Source: the human T2T-CHM13v2.0 reference genome, Homo sapiens. From it: a DNA stretch of 64,000 bases. The notes below the pieces were generated by a model that was not told the DNA's origin, did not search any database, and saw only the letters and a list, made by a program, of their open reading frames with translations. The number at the start of each line of letters is the position of its first letter. Position 1 is the first letter of the stretch. Of this stretch, positions 13,139-28,100 are shown in pieces. A program made the position numbers and the translations under genes. Location: assembly GCF_009914755.1 (NCBI RefSeq), contig NC_060936.1. One strand, 5' to 3'.

Positions 13139-14791
13139 TAAGGAAAAAGTTTCCTAAGGATGTCAGTAGATAATTAAAAGCCATGCTTACAACTTACTTT
13201 TCTAACATTAATAGAAAAGTATGGCATTTTCCAAGCCTTGTATTATTCTTTAAAATTTTTAAAAATTAGGATTTAATTGATTTTTAAAAATAGAACCTTT
13301 AAAATCTTTTCTATGAGGACTGCTCCCACCTACTTGCTTATAAATTTAGATCTGAATATTAACAAACATTAGTCTCAATTTCTTCAGAACACTTAATGAA
13401 AAACTAAAATGATTTTAAAGGACAATTATTGTTTTAAGGTTTTACTTTCAATAATTATGACAAATTTCAGAGATGGGCTACCCAAACATACATAAGATAT
13501 ATGTGATTACATTTACTTTCTGTAATCTCTAAGGCTTTGAAGAATGCTATACACAGCTCTATGCTTATAAATATGCATACGTATATTTGAAAGTGAATGT
13601 AAGGAAAAGGCTTCCCATAAACATTCACACATAATGAAAGCAGGATGTTGTAGTTGTTCTTTCAAAAAATCTTCAAGAATGAAGAATTCTAGTTTGATCA
13701 AATGCAGTTGGTTATACTGAATTTGTTCCTTTAGATGAAAAAGAGCAGAGATGGCTACTTACGAACACATAAAAGCTCTGGTTAACATTTATGAGTCCAA
13801 GAGGAACTGCTGGGTCACGTGAACACCAGTACCAGGCAATGTATAGACACCATGGTCCTCAAGAGCCAGAAGTCCCATGCACAGGAGTACATATGTGCCT
13901 GATGCAGCATCCCAAAAGGCACTTCACAAAAATACCCGTGGCATCCCTTCACATGCCGCCCCAAGAATCTGCTCAGTGATTCTCAACCAAGTGTCTCAAC
14001 CTCTCAGACAGCAGGCTATCCAATGGGAGAAATTCAAAAGGGTGTGAAAATAGAATAGTATTTTAAAATATGGAACATAAAACCCCAAACATTTAAATGT
14101 TTATTTTCCAAATAGAAATAAACTTTTTCTAAAGTATGCAAAGGTGAAATATGAACATTTGAAAATCATGCAGCTCAGAGTAAAATGGGTCACAATTTCA
14201 TACAATTTGCAAAGATCAATTCAGTACTGTCAAATGGAAAAAGGCTGAGAACCACTTTGTAGCTGTAACCGTGCCTCTCCCAGCTCACCTCCCCCCACAT
14301 TTGCATAAAATGTATACAGAATAACATGCAAATCATACTCAGAAATTTCTCACAAGTGAAGCACATGAATCTTTGAGAATCATTAGACACAAAGGGTTGA
14401 AGAGTCCATGAATATGGGGAGGTACAAAATGGGGAGGAATAATGCTGATATATACATGTGTGTATATATATATATATCAATTTACCCTTTTCTTTTTCCT
14501 GTAAAAGCAAGTTTAACACAGACGCCTGGAATGAAAGCCAAAACTCACATGGGACATATTTTAACCATACACTTTAAAACCAAGTATGTTTCTTGTTTTA
14601 GGACAATGTTTGCACATCAACTAATCACAAGGCACAGTAAATGAAGTATAATAGACAAAGAGTCTCGGAGTCACCAGACATTACAAATTTTCTGCATTGC
14701 CAGGACACAGTACCTATAGCTGTTGACAACACTGTGCAACACAGTACATAGCGCAAGTTCAGGAGAAGAAAAGAACCATTTGTAACCTTAC

Positions 14792-14866
14792 ATTATGAAC
14801 CTGATGGATCGCTGAGAAAGGAAATCCTGCGTTCTGATTCGTCCATATTTCACAGACAGACGACTG
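14792..14866 (-). CDS. ANKS1B: ANKS1B cassette exon ((Q)SSVCEIWTNQNAGFPFSAIHQVHN) with a NAGNAG acceptor
   Basis: Minus strand reads ttttctgtttatatCAG CAG TCG TCT GTC TGT GAA ATA TGG ... CAT AAT|GTAAGG. It is 75 nt (or 72 nt from 14863), frame-preserving, and matches the recalled ANKS1B long-isoform peptide. Confidence 0.88.
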
Positions 14867-16653
14867 CTGATATAAACAGAAAACTATCTTATCTTGTCAA
14901 TATTTAAAACATGGCAGCTACCAAGGTAGCATCCAGGAAGGAAAAGAGGAAAATAATAAAATGCAAAGAATCACATTTAAAAAAAACTCAAAAAATGTTT
15001 TAGGGTGCTCAAGGTTTAATAATTGACTTCCAAGTCATTCTTTTTGCTTTAAAACATTTTGAGTTGACTAAAAAAATCATTTATGCATTTATGCAAGGAA
15101 AATTACCAATAAATTCATGCCTTGGAAAAAAGCAAACTGTATTTTATATTTGCCGGAAAACCAGAAATACCTTCCCCCTTCACGTCACTACTTTCAGAGG
15201 ATAAATATTTTCATCAACTTCAGGAAAAACAGGAAAAAACCTTTAACACAGGTCCGATATTTTTATTTTCTTATCTTCAATGACCAAGAGCAAACAGTGC
15301 AATAAAATGACTTTTCCTGATTTAGTCATTGCTCTATTTGACAAACCTAGAAGATATTTATGCCTCCAGAGTTCTTACGGGCAAAACTCGGTAGTTAACA
15401 AAGGAAGACGTGTCAGCTTGCTACCCAGCACTGGGAGGAGTGAAGGAGGTGGCAGGAAGGAGGCTGGGGCAGGGAAGAACTGAAGTCAGGGAAATTCAGT
15501 TCTGTTCCTCAAGCAGAAACCCTTGGGAACAGCATTTGGGAGTCTAATGATTCAGCTCCATAATTCTGGCTCTCCCCCACACCATTAATAAGATAAACTT
15601 ATCAGTAATGTTTGCTCAGAACCAAACACTAAACTAACCAGCATCCCTTCCCAGGAGTTACAGCAGAAACCTTCAAAGAGACCGACTGAGCTCTTGGCTT
15701 GACCCATCCCAAGTTCTGTTCCCGAATTTCATCATTCTAAAAGACACTGTGAAATTAAATCACAGAAAATGGCAGAGCATGTAAACTTATTCAGCAAGCT
15801 CTGTGAGCATCTTTAGCATTCACAAGCAGTCCGTACAAAGATCACTGCAGGAAGAAGGCAAGCACATAACCATAATATGGTTAAGAGGCCCGGCAAAGAA
15901 CTGTATCATCAGCAAACAAATGATAGAAAAGAAGGCTTATCCCTAGCTAAAAGTTTCCTCACCCCAGAAACGCTCACCAGCAATTTAACACCTCTCTCTC
16001 TAGTTACAACTGCATCTCCACACACCCCTACACCTTTGCTTTCCATGTCTTCTGTTAACCAGAGGCTTGCTGGGGATGGTTAAGGAAGTTAGATCCCCAG
16101 GGTCTGACCAAAGGCACTTCCAAACACCTTTCACTTAAACCAGCTCTGCTATCCTCAGTTCCCTCTCTAAACTTCATGCTATTTTATACATCCATAGAGG
16201 GTTCTTCCTCTTCTTACCTTTCTAGCAAGTTCAGTCTTAGACCCATTCACTCTGTTGGCCTTGTCTCCAATAGCTCTCCTCTGATTTGAATGTACTAACT
16301 CCATGCGTTAGCTGGATTACCATCTTAAGTGGCATCCTCACCCAGTCCTGAGCTAATTCTTTACACAAATCACATCTTCTGCAACTTTCACACACTTCTA
16401 GTGTTAATCTAGTGCTAGAAGTGCTTCTAGCACTTCTAGTGCTAAATAATCCAGAGACCACCTGTCATCTGATAGATGAAGACACAGACATTTAAAGAGG
16501 TGAAGTGGCTTGCTCAGGTCACACAGGTGAGTGGCACAATGTGTCAGCCTGCTGGGATGGCTAAGAAGGAGTGTGAGCCTGGTACTGATGTCACCAGAAG
16601 GCAGAGGGCCACTCCAGCTATATACAGCTTGGTTCTACTGACCCTGAAATGAA

Positions 16654-17560
16654 CAGAAACTAAAAATAAAATCGTAAGCCCCCTCACCGACTGAACGGAC
16701 CCCCTTGTGGCCAAGGGGACCCCAGAAAAACCTTAAAATTGAGTTTCTGACCATGATGGGATGGGAGGTGAGACAAGCCTCATTATACCTCCTCTTTTTC
16801 ATGGTTTAGACACAACAACTGATCGGAATTAATGTTAAAATAGACATCATAAGAGTGACAGAACAGTCTCTTTGTGGCTATAAGATACCAAATTATCAAC
16901 AGGACCCGAGGCCATGCTAGGCAAAGGTTAAGTCACGCACCCCTATACCTAAAGAATAAACTATGTTCCAACTGCCACAAGGTTTTTCTTTTTCTCTAGC
17001 AGCTAAACAGGTACTGGCCTTAAGAGAAGCAATATTTAAACAATTTGCACCTCCACCAGATGCTGATTGACCCTTAGCCCCTGCTCCACCAGCCATAACT
17101 ACAGCTGGACAAGAGATTGATTCAGTAACTTTATCCAAATAAGATTACTAACCATGGACTAGTTCTGGTTGGTCTACAGAGATTGCACACTTGTGTGCCT
17201 TCATGTCCTGAAAAGCCCTTCTGACGAACAGGGCTAACTGTAATATATCTACATGTTAAGTCTCCAACCCAAAGTGAACATAGGCCACATGTTACATGCA
17301 TGTTGGTTCAATACACATGTGTCAGGACCACCTTCATGAATATTCACAGCTCTTGTAACACATTGAATATATGTGTTTAGCTAATCTGTTCAGCATAAAT
17401 CTTCTACCTAAGCCCTTTTCCTTCGAAGTACCCGTCTCTGGGGTCTTGGTTGGAGGTGCTTCCCAGCCTGCGGGATGGCCATCTTGCAGGCTGTAACCCT
17501 TTAGAAGAAATAAAGTCTCCTCTACTTTACTAAATTCATATATATATATTTAAGTTAACA
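16654..17560 (+). mobile_element. Solo ERV1 LTR, MER4D-like
   Basis: Start resembles the MER4-group 5' end (aaaaataaaat..taagcccc...ctgaacggacccc..ggccaaggg). It has AATAAA at about 17508, ends in ...ttaagttaaCA and is about 900 bp. The subfamily call is from memory. Confidence 0.72.
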
Positions 17561-19075
17561 CAAGTATATCTAAATGCAATCAGTTCATGAGACAGTCTTA
17601 ACTGCACTGGGGTCCAAACACCAAAAAGTTGTTTTAGGTTGTTTTGGTTACTCCCAAAGGGGCCATGCCCAGTCTGCCTGCCTGATGGGCACAAGGCCAT
17701 TTAACCTTTTGGGCAGACTGCATCACTTCCTGGTCACTTTGAGTCATGAAGACTCCATTTTGTATGAAATCCAAACTCATATCTGATTCAAACTTTTCCT
17801 TCCCTCCTTGTGTGTCAGTCTTGGGGCTTAAAAAGCCCGGGGTGGATAAGAGAAGCTCGGTCTGCGCTTTGACTTCTCCTAGGAGAGGTGAGGGCAGGTG
17901 TCATGGTCTACCTTGGATGTTCCCTGCCCCAAGCTCTACCTACTTCATGTGTTTAGTTGGGGAGGAAGAAACAGGAAAAGGACGAGGTCCCTTTCTTGTC
18001 TGGCTGTTCCTCTGGCAGCCGCCACTGCTTTTCAGCTAACGTTAACATGGTCTCCCATGTGCTCTACGTAGCAGCTGCTCCAACCTAGGTTCTCCTGTGT
18101 CCCCGTGTGATTTCTTTGGAGAGCTCTTCTAGGATAGAGGGCAGGTCCTCCCACTGCACAGTTTCTGCTGGCAGAAATCTGCCTCTAGCTTGACTTCTTC
18201 CAACTCCCACTCAGCCCTCCTAGGACACATGCATGCCCCCTGAAGGGGACCCAGGGGGACAAACATAACCCCAGACTCCTTCTGCACATCCATGTGGCCC
18301 ACATGATATGGACACACATCCTTGTCACACAGAACAGTAGAAGGGCGGGCTGCTCTGTGAACACTCCCCCTCTCTGCCAGGGCATCCCTCCCCAAGACTC
18401 TCTGTGTCAGCTCGGTAGGTGCTATGTGACCTGCCTGGCAGAAGTCCAATTATGGATACCAAGGCCAGTTTTCCCTCCTGCAGGCACCCCCAAGCCAGAT
18501 GTACATTCCTCCTGGACCCCTTCTCACCAGGATTGGAGAGCACGGGAATGCATTCTGTCTCCTCTCTCATGGCAAAGGAGGAAAAGCCTTAGTTCTTTCC
18601 ACAGGACTCAGACAATTCCCTGTCCTTCTCCAGCACTAACCAATGTTCTGCCTATGTGGAGAGGTAGCTGACAGGGGCAGGGCAGGATTCACACTGCCTC
18701 CTTGTAAACCCCGAACTAGGTGTCTGGCTCCATGATTGATAGCTTTCTCTTTAGGGTGTGCAGTGCTTAGTACCTACAGGAAAATTCCCACTTAGCATCC
18801 TGGGAATAGATCTTCCAATAGTGAATAGATCTTTCACTACTCACAGAAATTTACCAGAGTTAAGAAGGGAAAAGAGGATCCTACGCCATACTTATTTCAT
18901 TAAAAAAAATCATATAAAATTTTTCTCAATGAAGAATAAAGAACCTACCCCTAGTCATATACACTGAGAGTTCATACATGGCTTATGTACATTTTTTAGA
19001 TGTTATAACAAATATTTTCTATTTATAAGCTATGTTGTAAATTTAGAGAAAGTAAAACCTCTATAATTTCTAATA

Positions 19076-19445
19076 CCGTCATGCACAACATAACGATGTT
19101 TCAGTCAACGACAGACTGCATATGCTACAGGGGTCTCACAAGACTACAATACCATATATTTACTGTACCTTTTGTGGGGGTTGGAAGAAGTAAAGCTAGA
19201 GCCAGACTTAGGTATGTTTAGATACACAAATACTCACCATTGTGTTACAGTCACCTACAGTATTCAGTATAGTAACATGCTGTACAGGTTGGGAGGAGCA
19301 ATAGGCTAGATCATATACAGCCCAGCTGTGTGGCAGGTGACACCATCTCACGTTGGGTAAATACACACTATGACGTTTGCATGACGAAATCACCTAACGA
19401 TGCATTTCTCAGAACGTATCCCCATCATTAGGTTATGCGTAACTG
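19076..19445 (-). mobile_element. Tigger3a (MER7A)-like TcMar DNA transposon MITE
   Basis: Terminal inverted repeats (ccgtcatgcac..ataacga / ..ttatgcgtaactg) and internal gcatttctcagaacgtatcccc and tttagatacacaaatactcaccattgtgttaca, matching the recalled consensus. Confidence 0.85.
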
Positions 19446-19520
19446 TCATCGTGTCAGTGCAAGTGGTAAAAAGTCAGAATTTAAAAGAGTTTAAAAGCAG
19501 TTGTGTTTGAGTTGTGAAAA

Positions 19521-19797
19521 TTATTATTTTATTTTTTTTGACACAGAACCTTTGCTCTGTTGCCCAGGCTAGAGTGCAGGGGTGCGATCTCGGCTCGCTG
19601 CAACCTCCGCTTCCTGGGTTCCAGTGATTCTTGTACCTCAGCCACTCGAGAAGCTGGGACTACAGGCATGTGCCACCATATCCAGCTAATTTTTATATTT
19701 TTAGTAGATATGGGGTTTCACCATGTTGCCCAGGCTGGTGGTCTCAAACGCCTGGCCTCAAGTGATCCACCCACCTTAGCCTCCCAAAATGCTGGGA
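19521..19797 (-). mobile_element. Alu (J/S type), slightly 5'-truncated, TSD TGAAAATTATT
   Basis: Reverse Alu ending at ..aaatgctggga; direct repeat at about 19515 and 19798. Confidence 0.92.
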
Positions 19798-20137
19798 TGA
19801 AAATTATTTTTTTAAAAAATCGGATGCATTCCAGATACCGCAGTAGTTTTGTTAGCAGTAAATAATTTGTCAGGCTCACAGAGCAAGCGACTTAAGGCAG
19901 ACCTGTTGTAACTGCTGCATTCATAATATGAAATGGCTCTTCTCCTAGACATAGGGTCATTATACTGAGTGCTGGAATTAATTTTTTAAATCCAAGAGTT
20001 TCCAGAGTAGAAATTAATTATGTTTATGAAAATAACATTTCAGGGTAAAACATGTATTGAAGTACTGAGTTTTGAAAAGTTTTGAGAAAGAAATATAATA
20101 CCAGTCATAAAATTTCATCTGGGGCCCAAATTCCTAG

Positions 20138-20464
<327 letters not shown>

Positions 20465-20475
20465 TTAAATTTAAG

Positions 20476-21129
<654 letters not shown>

Positions 21130-22139
21130 TAATTAAGCTTTACAATGTCTTCATCTGTAAAGAAGGAGAATAGTACTTGACCTACTTATTTCACCAAGTT
21201 GTTGTGCAGCTTCACGAGAGAGGAAACTTTTTCACAGCTAAATGTTTAGGGCTTGGAACACAGAAGGAACACATTTTTACCGAATGAATGGAATCATATA
21301 ACACATTCAAAAGGCCTTGGTAAATGGCAAAGCATTATGCAAACATTAGTCACTACCGTTATCCGTTATCATTTTTAACTGGTCTACTCTATTGGTGCCA
21401 CTTGTGCCTTTCATAAGCTATGTCACTGCCAACACACTTCCGGTTAATTGTACCAGAAACTGCTGACTTCCTATTGGAAGATTCCTCATATTTCCTGATA
21501 AAGACAGTAAAGGGCTGCCAGCTTGCCGAAGAGAGAAGGAACATTTGTCATTAGCATACCTAGGTGTCAAAAGGCTGCTTGTAGAGCTTAGAAACAGTTC
21601 CATGAAAGAATGTTAATCACCCCTTTGCAATTTCATTTGCCTATTTTCTCTCAATCCCTGTCACATATATTGCAAAGCCTCATTTAGTTTTTCTGAACCT
21701 GAATTACTATGAAACCCAAACAAATAGGGGTAAGTAAAGGTAGACTTACAACTGAGATATTACCAATAATTTAATGTTTACTTCTTTGATGGTGAAGTCA
21801 ACACACATTTGAAGGTGTATAATTTTATCTTCAGTTCAGACCTCTCTCTTAGCTCTGGAAATGTTTTCTTAAAATGCAATGCATGTCTCGCTCTTGTTAC
21901 CGTCTTATACTTTCGGTTACCATGACTTCAGCTCAGAAAATACAACACAACTGCATTCAAATCTAATCACAAAATAAAAAGAATATAACCAATTTCCAAA
22001 GTTTTCCTCCTAAAGGTGGACTTCCTTTTTGATCCAGTAGTTTACAATAAATTATCTCCCCTTCATTATGGTTTGTCCTCTTTCCTGGAGCATTCTCAGA
22101 AATTGCTATAACATCTTCCATCAAAAGCAAACAAACTCC

Positions 22140-23190
22140 TTCCCTTGCCCCAACATCACCCTCAGTTTCCTGCTCAATTACTCTAATCTTCTTTAAGCAA
22201 AACTCCCTGAGAAATGTCTAGATGGTCTCCACTTTCTCTTTTCCTGTCCTCATCTGAGCCCACTCTACTGAAACTGAAACAATTTTCTATTTTCCTTGAC
22301 CTATGTGACACCCTTGATCACTCCTCCATTCCTTAGCCTCTTTGGCTGCTTCCTGTTATCTGAGCATCCCTGGAGTGTTAGTCCTCAGTCTTCCCTTCCT
22401 TCTTGGCTATACTAGGTGGTCTCTTCCAGTTGTGACTCCCAAATTCATATTTCCAGCCCAGACTTCTTCCCTAAATTCAAGACTTGGACACCCAGCTGCC
22501 TGCTTGATGCTTCTCCTTTTGCATTTATTAAATCAGCTCAACCTTAAATTAAATGTCAGAGACCAAGCTCCTGATGACCTCACCTCCCTGTGAGCTTCCT
22601 TGTTTCGGCAAATGGCAGCCATTTTTTTTCCAGTTCCTCAGGTTCACAATGCTGGAGCTCTCCTTTCTCCTGTATCTCGCATTCAATCCAGCAGCAAAGC
22701 CTATTGAATCTACTTCTAAAATTTCACCTTCCTGTCACTACTTGCTCCAAGCTACTCCCTTTTCTCGTTTGATTTATTCCATTGGCTTCTTACTGGTCTC
22801 ACTGCTGTTATCCTTGCCTCCTTAGTATCTCTTCTCAGTACTAGAGCCAAAATGACCCATCTAAAATGAAAGCCAGGTCATTCCACTCAGCTCCATTCAA
22901 CACAGAAGATAATTCAGTCCTAACAATGACCTGCAAGGTTCTCCGTTCTCTGGTACCCACACTGCTCTACCTCCCTACCCTCCTCTCCTACCCATCTTCG
23001 TCTTGCTGTCTGGGTTCTTGACAGCAAAGCACATTCTTGCCTCATAGCCTCTGCATTTGCTTCTCTTTCTGCCTGACATGTTCTCCCTCTGGCTACTATA
23101 GGCCTAGCTAGCTCCCTCACTTCCTTCAAGTTCTATTCTAATGTCACTTTTTCAGAGAAGCCTTCCCTAGGCATATTACATCCAAATTAA
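22140..23190 (+). mobile_element. L2 fragment
   Basis: Pyrimidine-rich L2 3' region text: tccagcccagacttcttccctaaattcaagact, cctctgcatttgct...tgcctgacatgttctccct, aatgtcactttttcagagaagccttccct. Confidence 0.7.
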
Positions 23191-23236
23191 GTCTGTGCTT
23201 TCCACTCTATAAAAGAATTATTCTTTCAAGCAGAAA

Positions 23237-23540
<304 letters not shown>

Positions 23541-25034
23541 TTAAGCAGAAATTTAAAATGTAAAAAATGTTTGGCACATAAGAACCTATCTCCCTGTCAC
23601 CCTGACATTCATGCAAAAGTAGTTACTGGTCATCTACTGTGTGCAAGGCCTGGGTCACAAAGTGAGTAGGGATCAATCTTGCTTTTAATCAACGTTTATG
23701 GCATGAAAATTGCTTTTTCCGTGGACAGAACCAGTAGTAAACTGGGACTGACAGGCTGATGGTGGGTCTCAGAACAGAGCAAGTAGATGACAGCTCCATC
23801 AACTCGATAACCCCTATTAAGCTCTGGAAAGCTTCTGGGAGTCTGCTGATATTATATAGCTAATCTAATAAAGAAACTTTTATGAATAGAGCCCTCCAGT
23901 CAGATTCTACCAGAGATGAAATTTTCTGCCGTGTTCTAGCCCTGAAAAAAAAAAAGAAAAAAAGACTTTTTCTCTGTTTCTCCCTTATGTTTGTCATAAT
24001 ACTTTCAACACTTCAGGGTATTCAGAAATTGACCAGAAAGAAACCAGCAAGAAATATGAAAGTTTCAGAGTGAAAGCTCAAGGAATAATGAAGTGCATTC
24101 CTTCTTCTGGATGATAGTGCTTCTAAAAGAAAATGAAAACAGACTTGAAGAGCAAACAAAACAGCTTCAAAGGCAGAAGAAAAAAGGGCATCCCAGCAAA
24201 GGAAGCCTTAGCCAATAGCCAGCAAACTCAGTGGCTCCTTGAGCAGAGACTGGGATGAAATGAGACCTGTCAAAGGATGGAGTCAAACAAATTCAGTGCA
24301 GTCAAGGGGTAACGCACCAAACACCTTGTATGCATATTTTCTTTCAGCAGTGACAGCCCCACAGTTGCTTCTTCTGTGGGCATTAACTGAACCCTGCCTG
24401 GAAAATCAGAAAATTAGAGCCTTTTGTTTCTTGTGAGTTACCCAGAGGCCGCAGGCCAGCATCTGATTACTTCTTCCTGCCCACCATCGGAGACAGAGGA
24501 ACACTCCTCCTTCTCACCTCTTGAGTGAGTTTTGAGATACACACTCAGTCCTGTAACAACTGCATGGGATTTAGATTCTTCTCTGCAACCACACTGTTAG
24601 CTTCTCAAGTTCCCTGTCTGTGTCTATTTATTTCTAGTTCTAAAGTGTGAAAAAGTTATGCATGCACCCACTGACCCTTTTTATAAAAGGTCTCAGCTGA
24701 ACTATTTCATTTGCAGGAAATGCTAGAGTCAAGAAAATGCTGCTTCCTGCCATTTCTCCATCTTTCTGAAGGGCAATCCTTCCAAAACTTCATGATCGTG
24801 ACCTTCCCCTGTGCCTGTGGGGAGGATTTTTGGACAGATCAGTTATCACCTGCTGGGAAGGAAAAGCCAGGCCAACAGTTGTTTCTCTAACAACATCTGC
24901 ACGTGTGACCCATGATTGCTGGAGTCAGCATTAATCAACCTACCAAGAGTGGGAGGAAGTAAACAACACATTTGGTTCCATCTAAGTCCACTGGCATGAT
25001 ATAAATTCTAACACTGTCTTCCCAAGTTTAAGGT

Positions 25035-25185
25035 TTTCCTTCCATTCCCTTTCCAAACTCCCTTCCCTTTCCCATTCCTCTCCAGTTCCCTCCCTCCCTC
25101 CCTCCTTCCCTCCCTCCCTCCCTTCCTTCCTTCCTCTCTTCCTCTCTTCCTCCCTCCCTCTTTCCCTCTTTCCCTTCCTTCCTTA
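25035..25185. repeat. Polypyrimidine (CCCT/CCTT)n low-complexity tract
   Basis: About 150 nt almost entirely C/T on the plus strand. Confidence 0.9.
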
Positions 25186-28100
25186 ACTCTAATTCTGGGA
25201 CTGATATCACATAAAAGAAGTCCTCGGCTACTAAAGTAGGAGAGAAGGAGAGAACTATAGGCTTATGATATTCCTGTTATTCATTTGTAGAGGTAATATA
25301 TAACCTGTATTCCCTAATATGACAGCTGTAGCCCTAAATGGCATTACACAATTGTTTATGAAATCCCTTTACAAGAAAAAAATAGAGCAGAGGAAAAAAA
25401 TGAGCATTGCCTGTACAATCCAGCTCTCATTGTGCAGCTCCCCAGGTTCCAGGGATGTTGCAGGGAATTTGAGTCAATTGGGATCATGCTGTTTATAGCA
25501 ATATGGGCTGTTTTACTTGTTCTACCTCAAAGTCTGGATGCTATCAAACGTTTTTCAGGGCCACTAAAAAGCAGAACATTAATAACTAATTCAGAAAGGC
25601 AGTGATCAGCTTTTTATCATAACATGAATGGCTGAAAAAAACCTAGATTTTGCAAAGTAATGTTGTTCTTTGTAACATCTCTTTACAATATACATTATAT
25701 TCCTTTCTTGCAAAGTGAGGTTGTCATTTCCTTTACTTAAATTCATTTATTAACTGGAGCCCGACTGTTTGTTTCCTGCTTCTGACAGAAAAGATGCATT
25801 GGGCAGAGTCATTTATTCAATGATGTTTATTGAGACCCCACCATTTCTTCATTTTATCCTTGTGAAAAATATGAAAAAACAAGGTGCAGTTGAACAATCC
25901 TCTTGAACGATGCCAAGCTAAGAGGTCTCTAGTAGAAAGCTCACAGTTTTTTTTTCAATTCTACTTTAATCAACACTTCACTCAATACACTGATGGATGA
26001 CTTCAAAGGTTTGTTGTTTTGAGGTAAGATTCTTAAAATGAGCACATTACATAGTTGAAAAGGATCACTGATATACTGAGTGGCAACTAAGTCTTAGAAA
26101 GGTCTTGATAGACTAGGATTATTGGATGAGTAACTTTATAAAAACTGCTTTATCTGGAAAAGGATAATGTAAATCCAGCGCTGCTGAGAAAGGAGGCGTA
26201 GCTATTGATAAAGGCTGGGAAATTTTCATGAAGAAAAGCACAGTAAGAATGAATGACATGTTAATGTTGATCTGCCCAGAGCTGGGGAACCAGGATGCTG
26301 TACGGCCCACATCCCCCTTATCACATGGGATTGGCAAGGAGCTGGAGACATTTAATATAGTGAAGGGAAAATATCAAATTGTCTTCAGTCTTAAAAAAAC
26401 TCTTCCCAGCAAAAGGGAGCAGATGTATTCTTTGTTGTTTCAGAAGATATCATGAACTATGTAGGAGTTATAGGGAGGCTTATTTCAATTCAATATAAGG
26501 CAAAAGTTATATCAACTAGACCTTTTCCAATCATGGGGCTGCCTTACAAAGAGCGGGCCAGCTTTCCAGTCAAGTTTAGGCAGAAACTTGTGGCTGTCTG
26601 TAAGGATGTATTAGAATGGGTGCCTGCATCAATTAAGAGATGGGACTACATACATTTTCTGGCCCCTTCTCATCTTAAAATTCTCTGCTTTTCTTTAACA
26701 GTACAGTTGGTCATCTGTATTCTCAGTTCTGCATTCTTCTGACTGCACAGAAGAATCTTCTAGCTATTAATGCATACAGACAAAAGCAAGTTATCACAAA
26801 TTTTGTGATCCTGCATTCAAACCTCATTAGAATAGAGGCCCATACAGAAAGGAGGTCATATCATTTCACAATGCTTTACATGAAGCAATTGTTTACTATC
26901 TCTGATTTGTAAAGAATGAAAAATTGGATGTCAGGAGCAAAGGATTTTCTTCAAATACAATGTTTATCCATGCTACTTTAGAGGTTTAATTCTCTACTGA
27001 AGTTGCATTTACATAAGGTATTAGATATTCTTAATAGGATTTTTCAAGGAACTCAAAACATTGCATTGGAGCATTTGGGGTTTTGGAATTTCTGGAATGT
27101 GCCACGTCTGCTAGTTCCCAGTTTGCAGAGACAATATGGGGTGTTCATCAACACTGTGGTTCACGCGACAGCTGTGAAGCTAGGCTGCTGGCATTGGAAT
27201 CCTGGTTCTGTACCTTTTAATTTTTGTGGCCGTGGGCAAGCCACATAAATGCTCCATGCCTCAGTTTCCTCCTTATAAAGCTGTACTAATCAGTGCTGGC
27301 TCTGACGATGATGCCGATGAATCACCAGGCCTAAGCTAGACCGATGATACGCTATTGTTCCAGGCAGTGTATTTCCCTAAAAAACTGGAGACCATCTCAA
27401 TTTGTGTCCAATCTGATCTGTCGTAGAGCCCTGTGGTTTTATGATGCCTATAGCCTTACATAAAGTAATTTGGTCAACAGTATTTACAGAGTGTTTATTT
27501 TAGAGGAATTAAAAAATGACTACGGAAGAGTGAGGCATTGCCCCCACATAGCCAACATACACTTTACCAAAAAAGAAGCAAACATTTAAAAATGAAATAT
27601 AATGAAATATTTTGAAATACACTAACTCATAAACATCCTTTAATTTTTAAAAGTATTTAAGTATGGATATCATCCATAATTCCTTTTCCAAAGAGCACCA
27701 GTGTTAACTAGGTTATAACATGAATAGGAGCTTCTTGGACAGTGTTTGCTTTCATAAAAACTATGATTTCCAAGTCAGTGAAGAGGTATTAGTTTGGGCT
27801 TACAAGCTGGAAAACAGAAACAGTTTTGCAAGATGTAGCTAAACATGAGATTTACTTTAAAATGCATTTACTCCCAGATGCAGTTGAGAAAGCATAATGT
27901 AGAAGAAAACTAGAAGTTATCTCAAAATAATAACAATAATTTCTAAAACAACCCAAACGTATAGTTTCATAGTTTGTAAAACACTTCGAAAAAATACCAT
28001 TTTATTTGTGCCTCACAACAATGATGTGGGGTGGGCATTAACCTCACTCTAGGAAGAGAAAACTAAGGCTCTGCATAGCTAAGAAGCGTGTCCAAGGTTA

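Noticed and set aside
18129-18671. Cluster of overlapping 66-125 aa ORFs on both strands
   Set aside because: Locally higher GC lowers stop frequency; there is no recognisable protein similarity or splice structure.
27300-27430. C/D-box snoRNA-like arrangement (ATGATG ... CTGA)
   Set aside because: The C box is imperfect, the terminal stem is weak, and it lies on the strand opposite the host transcript.
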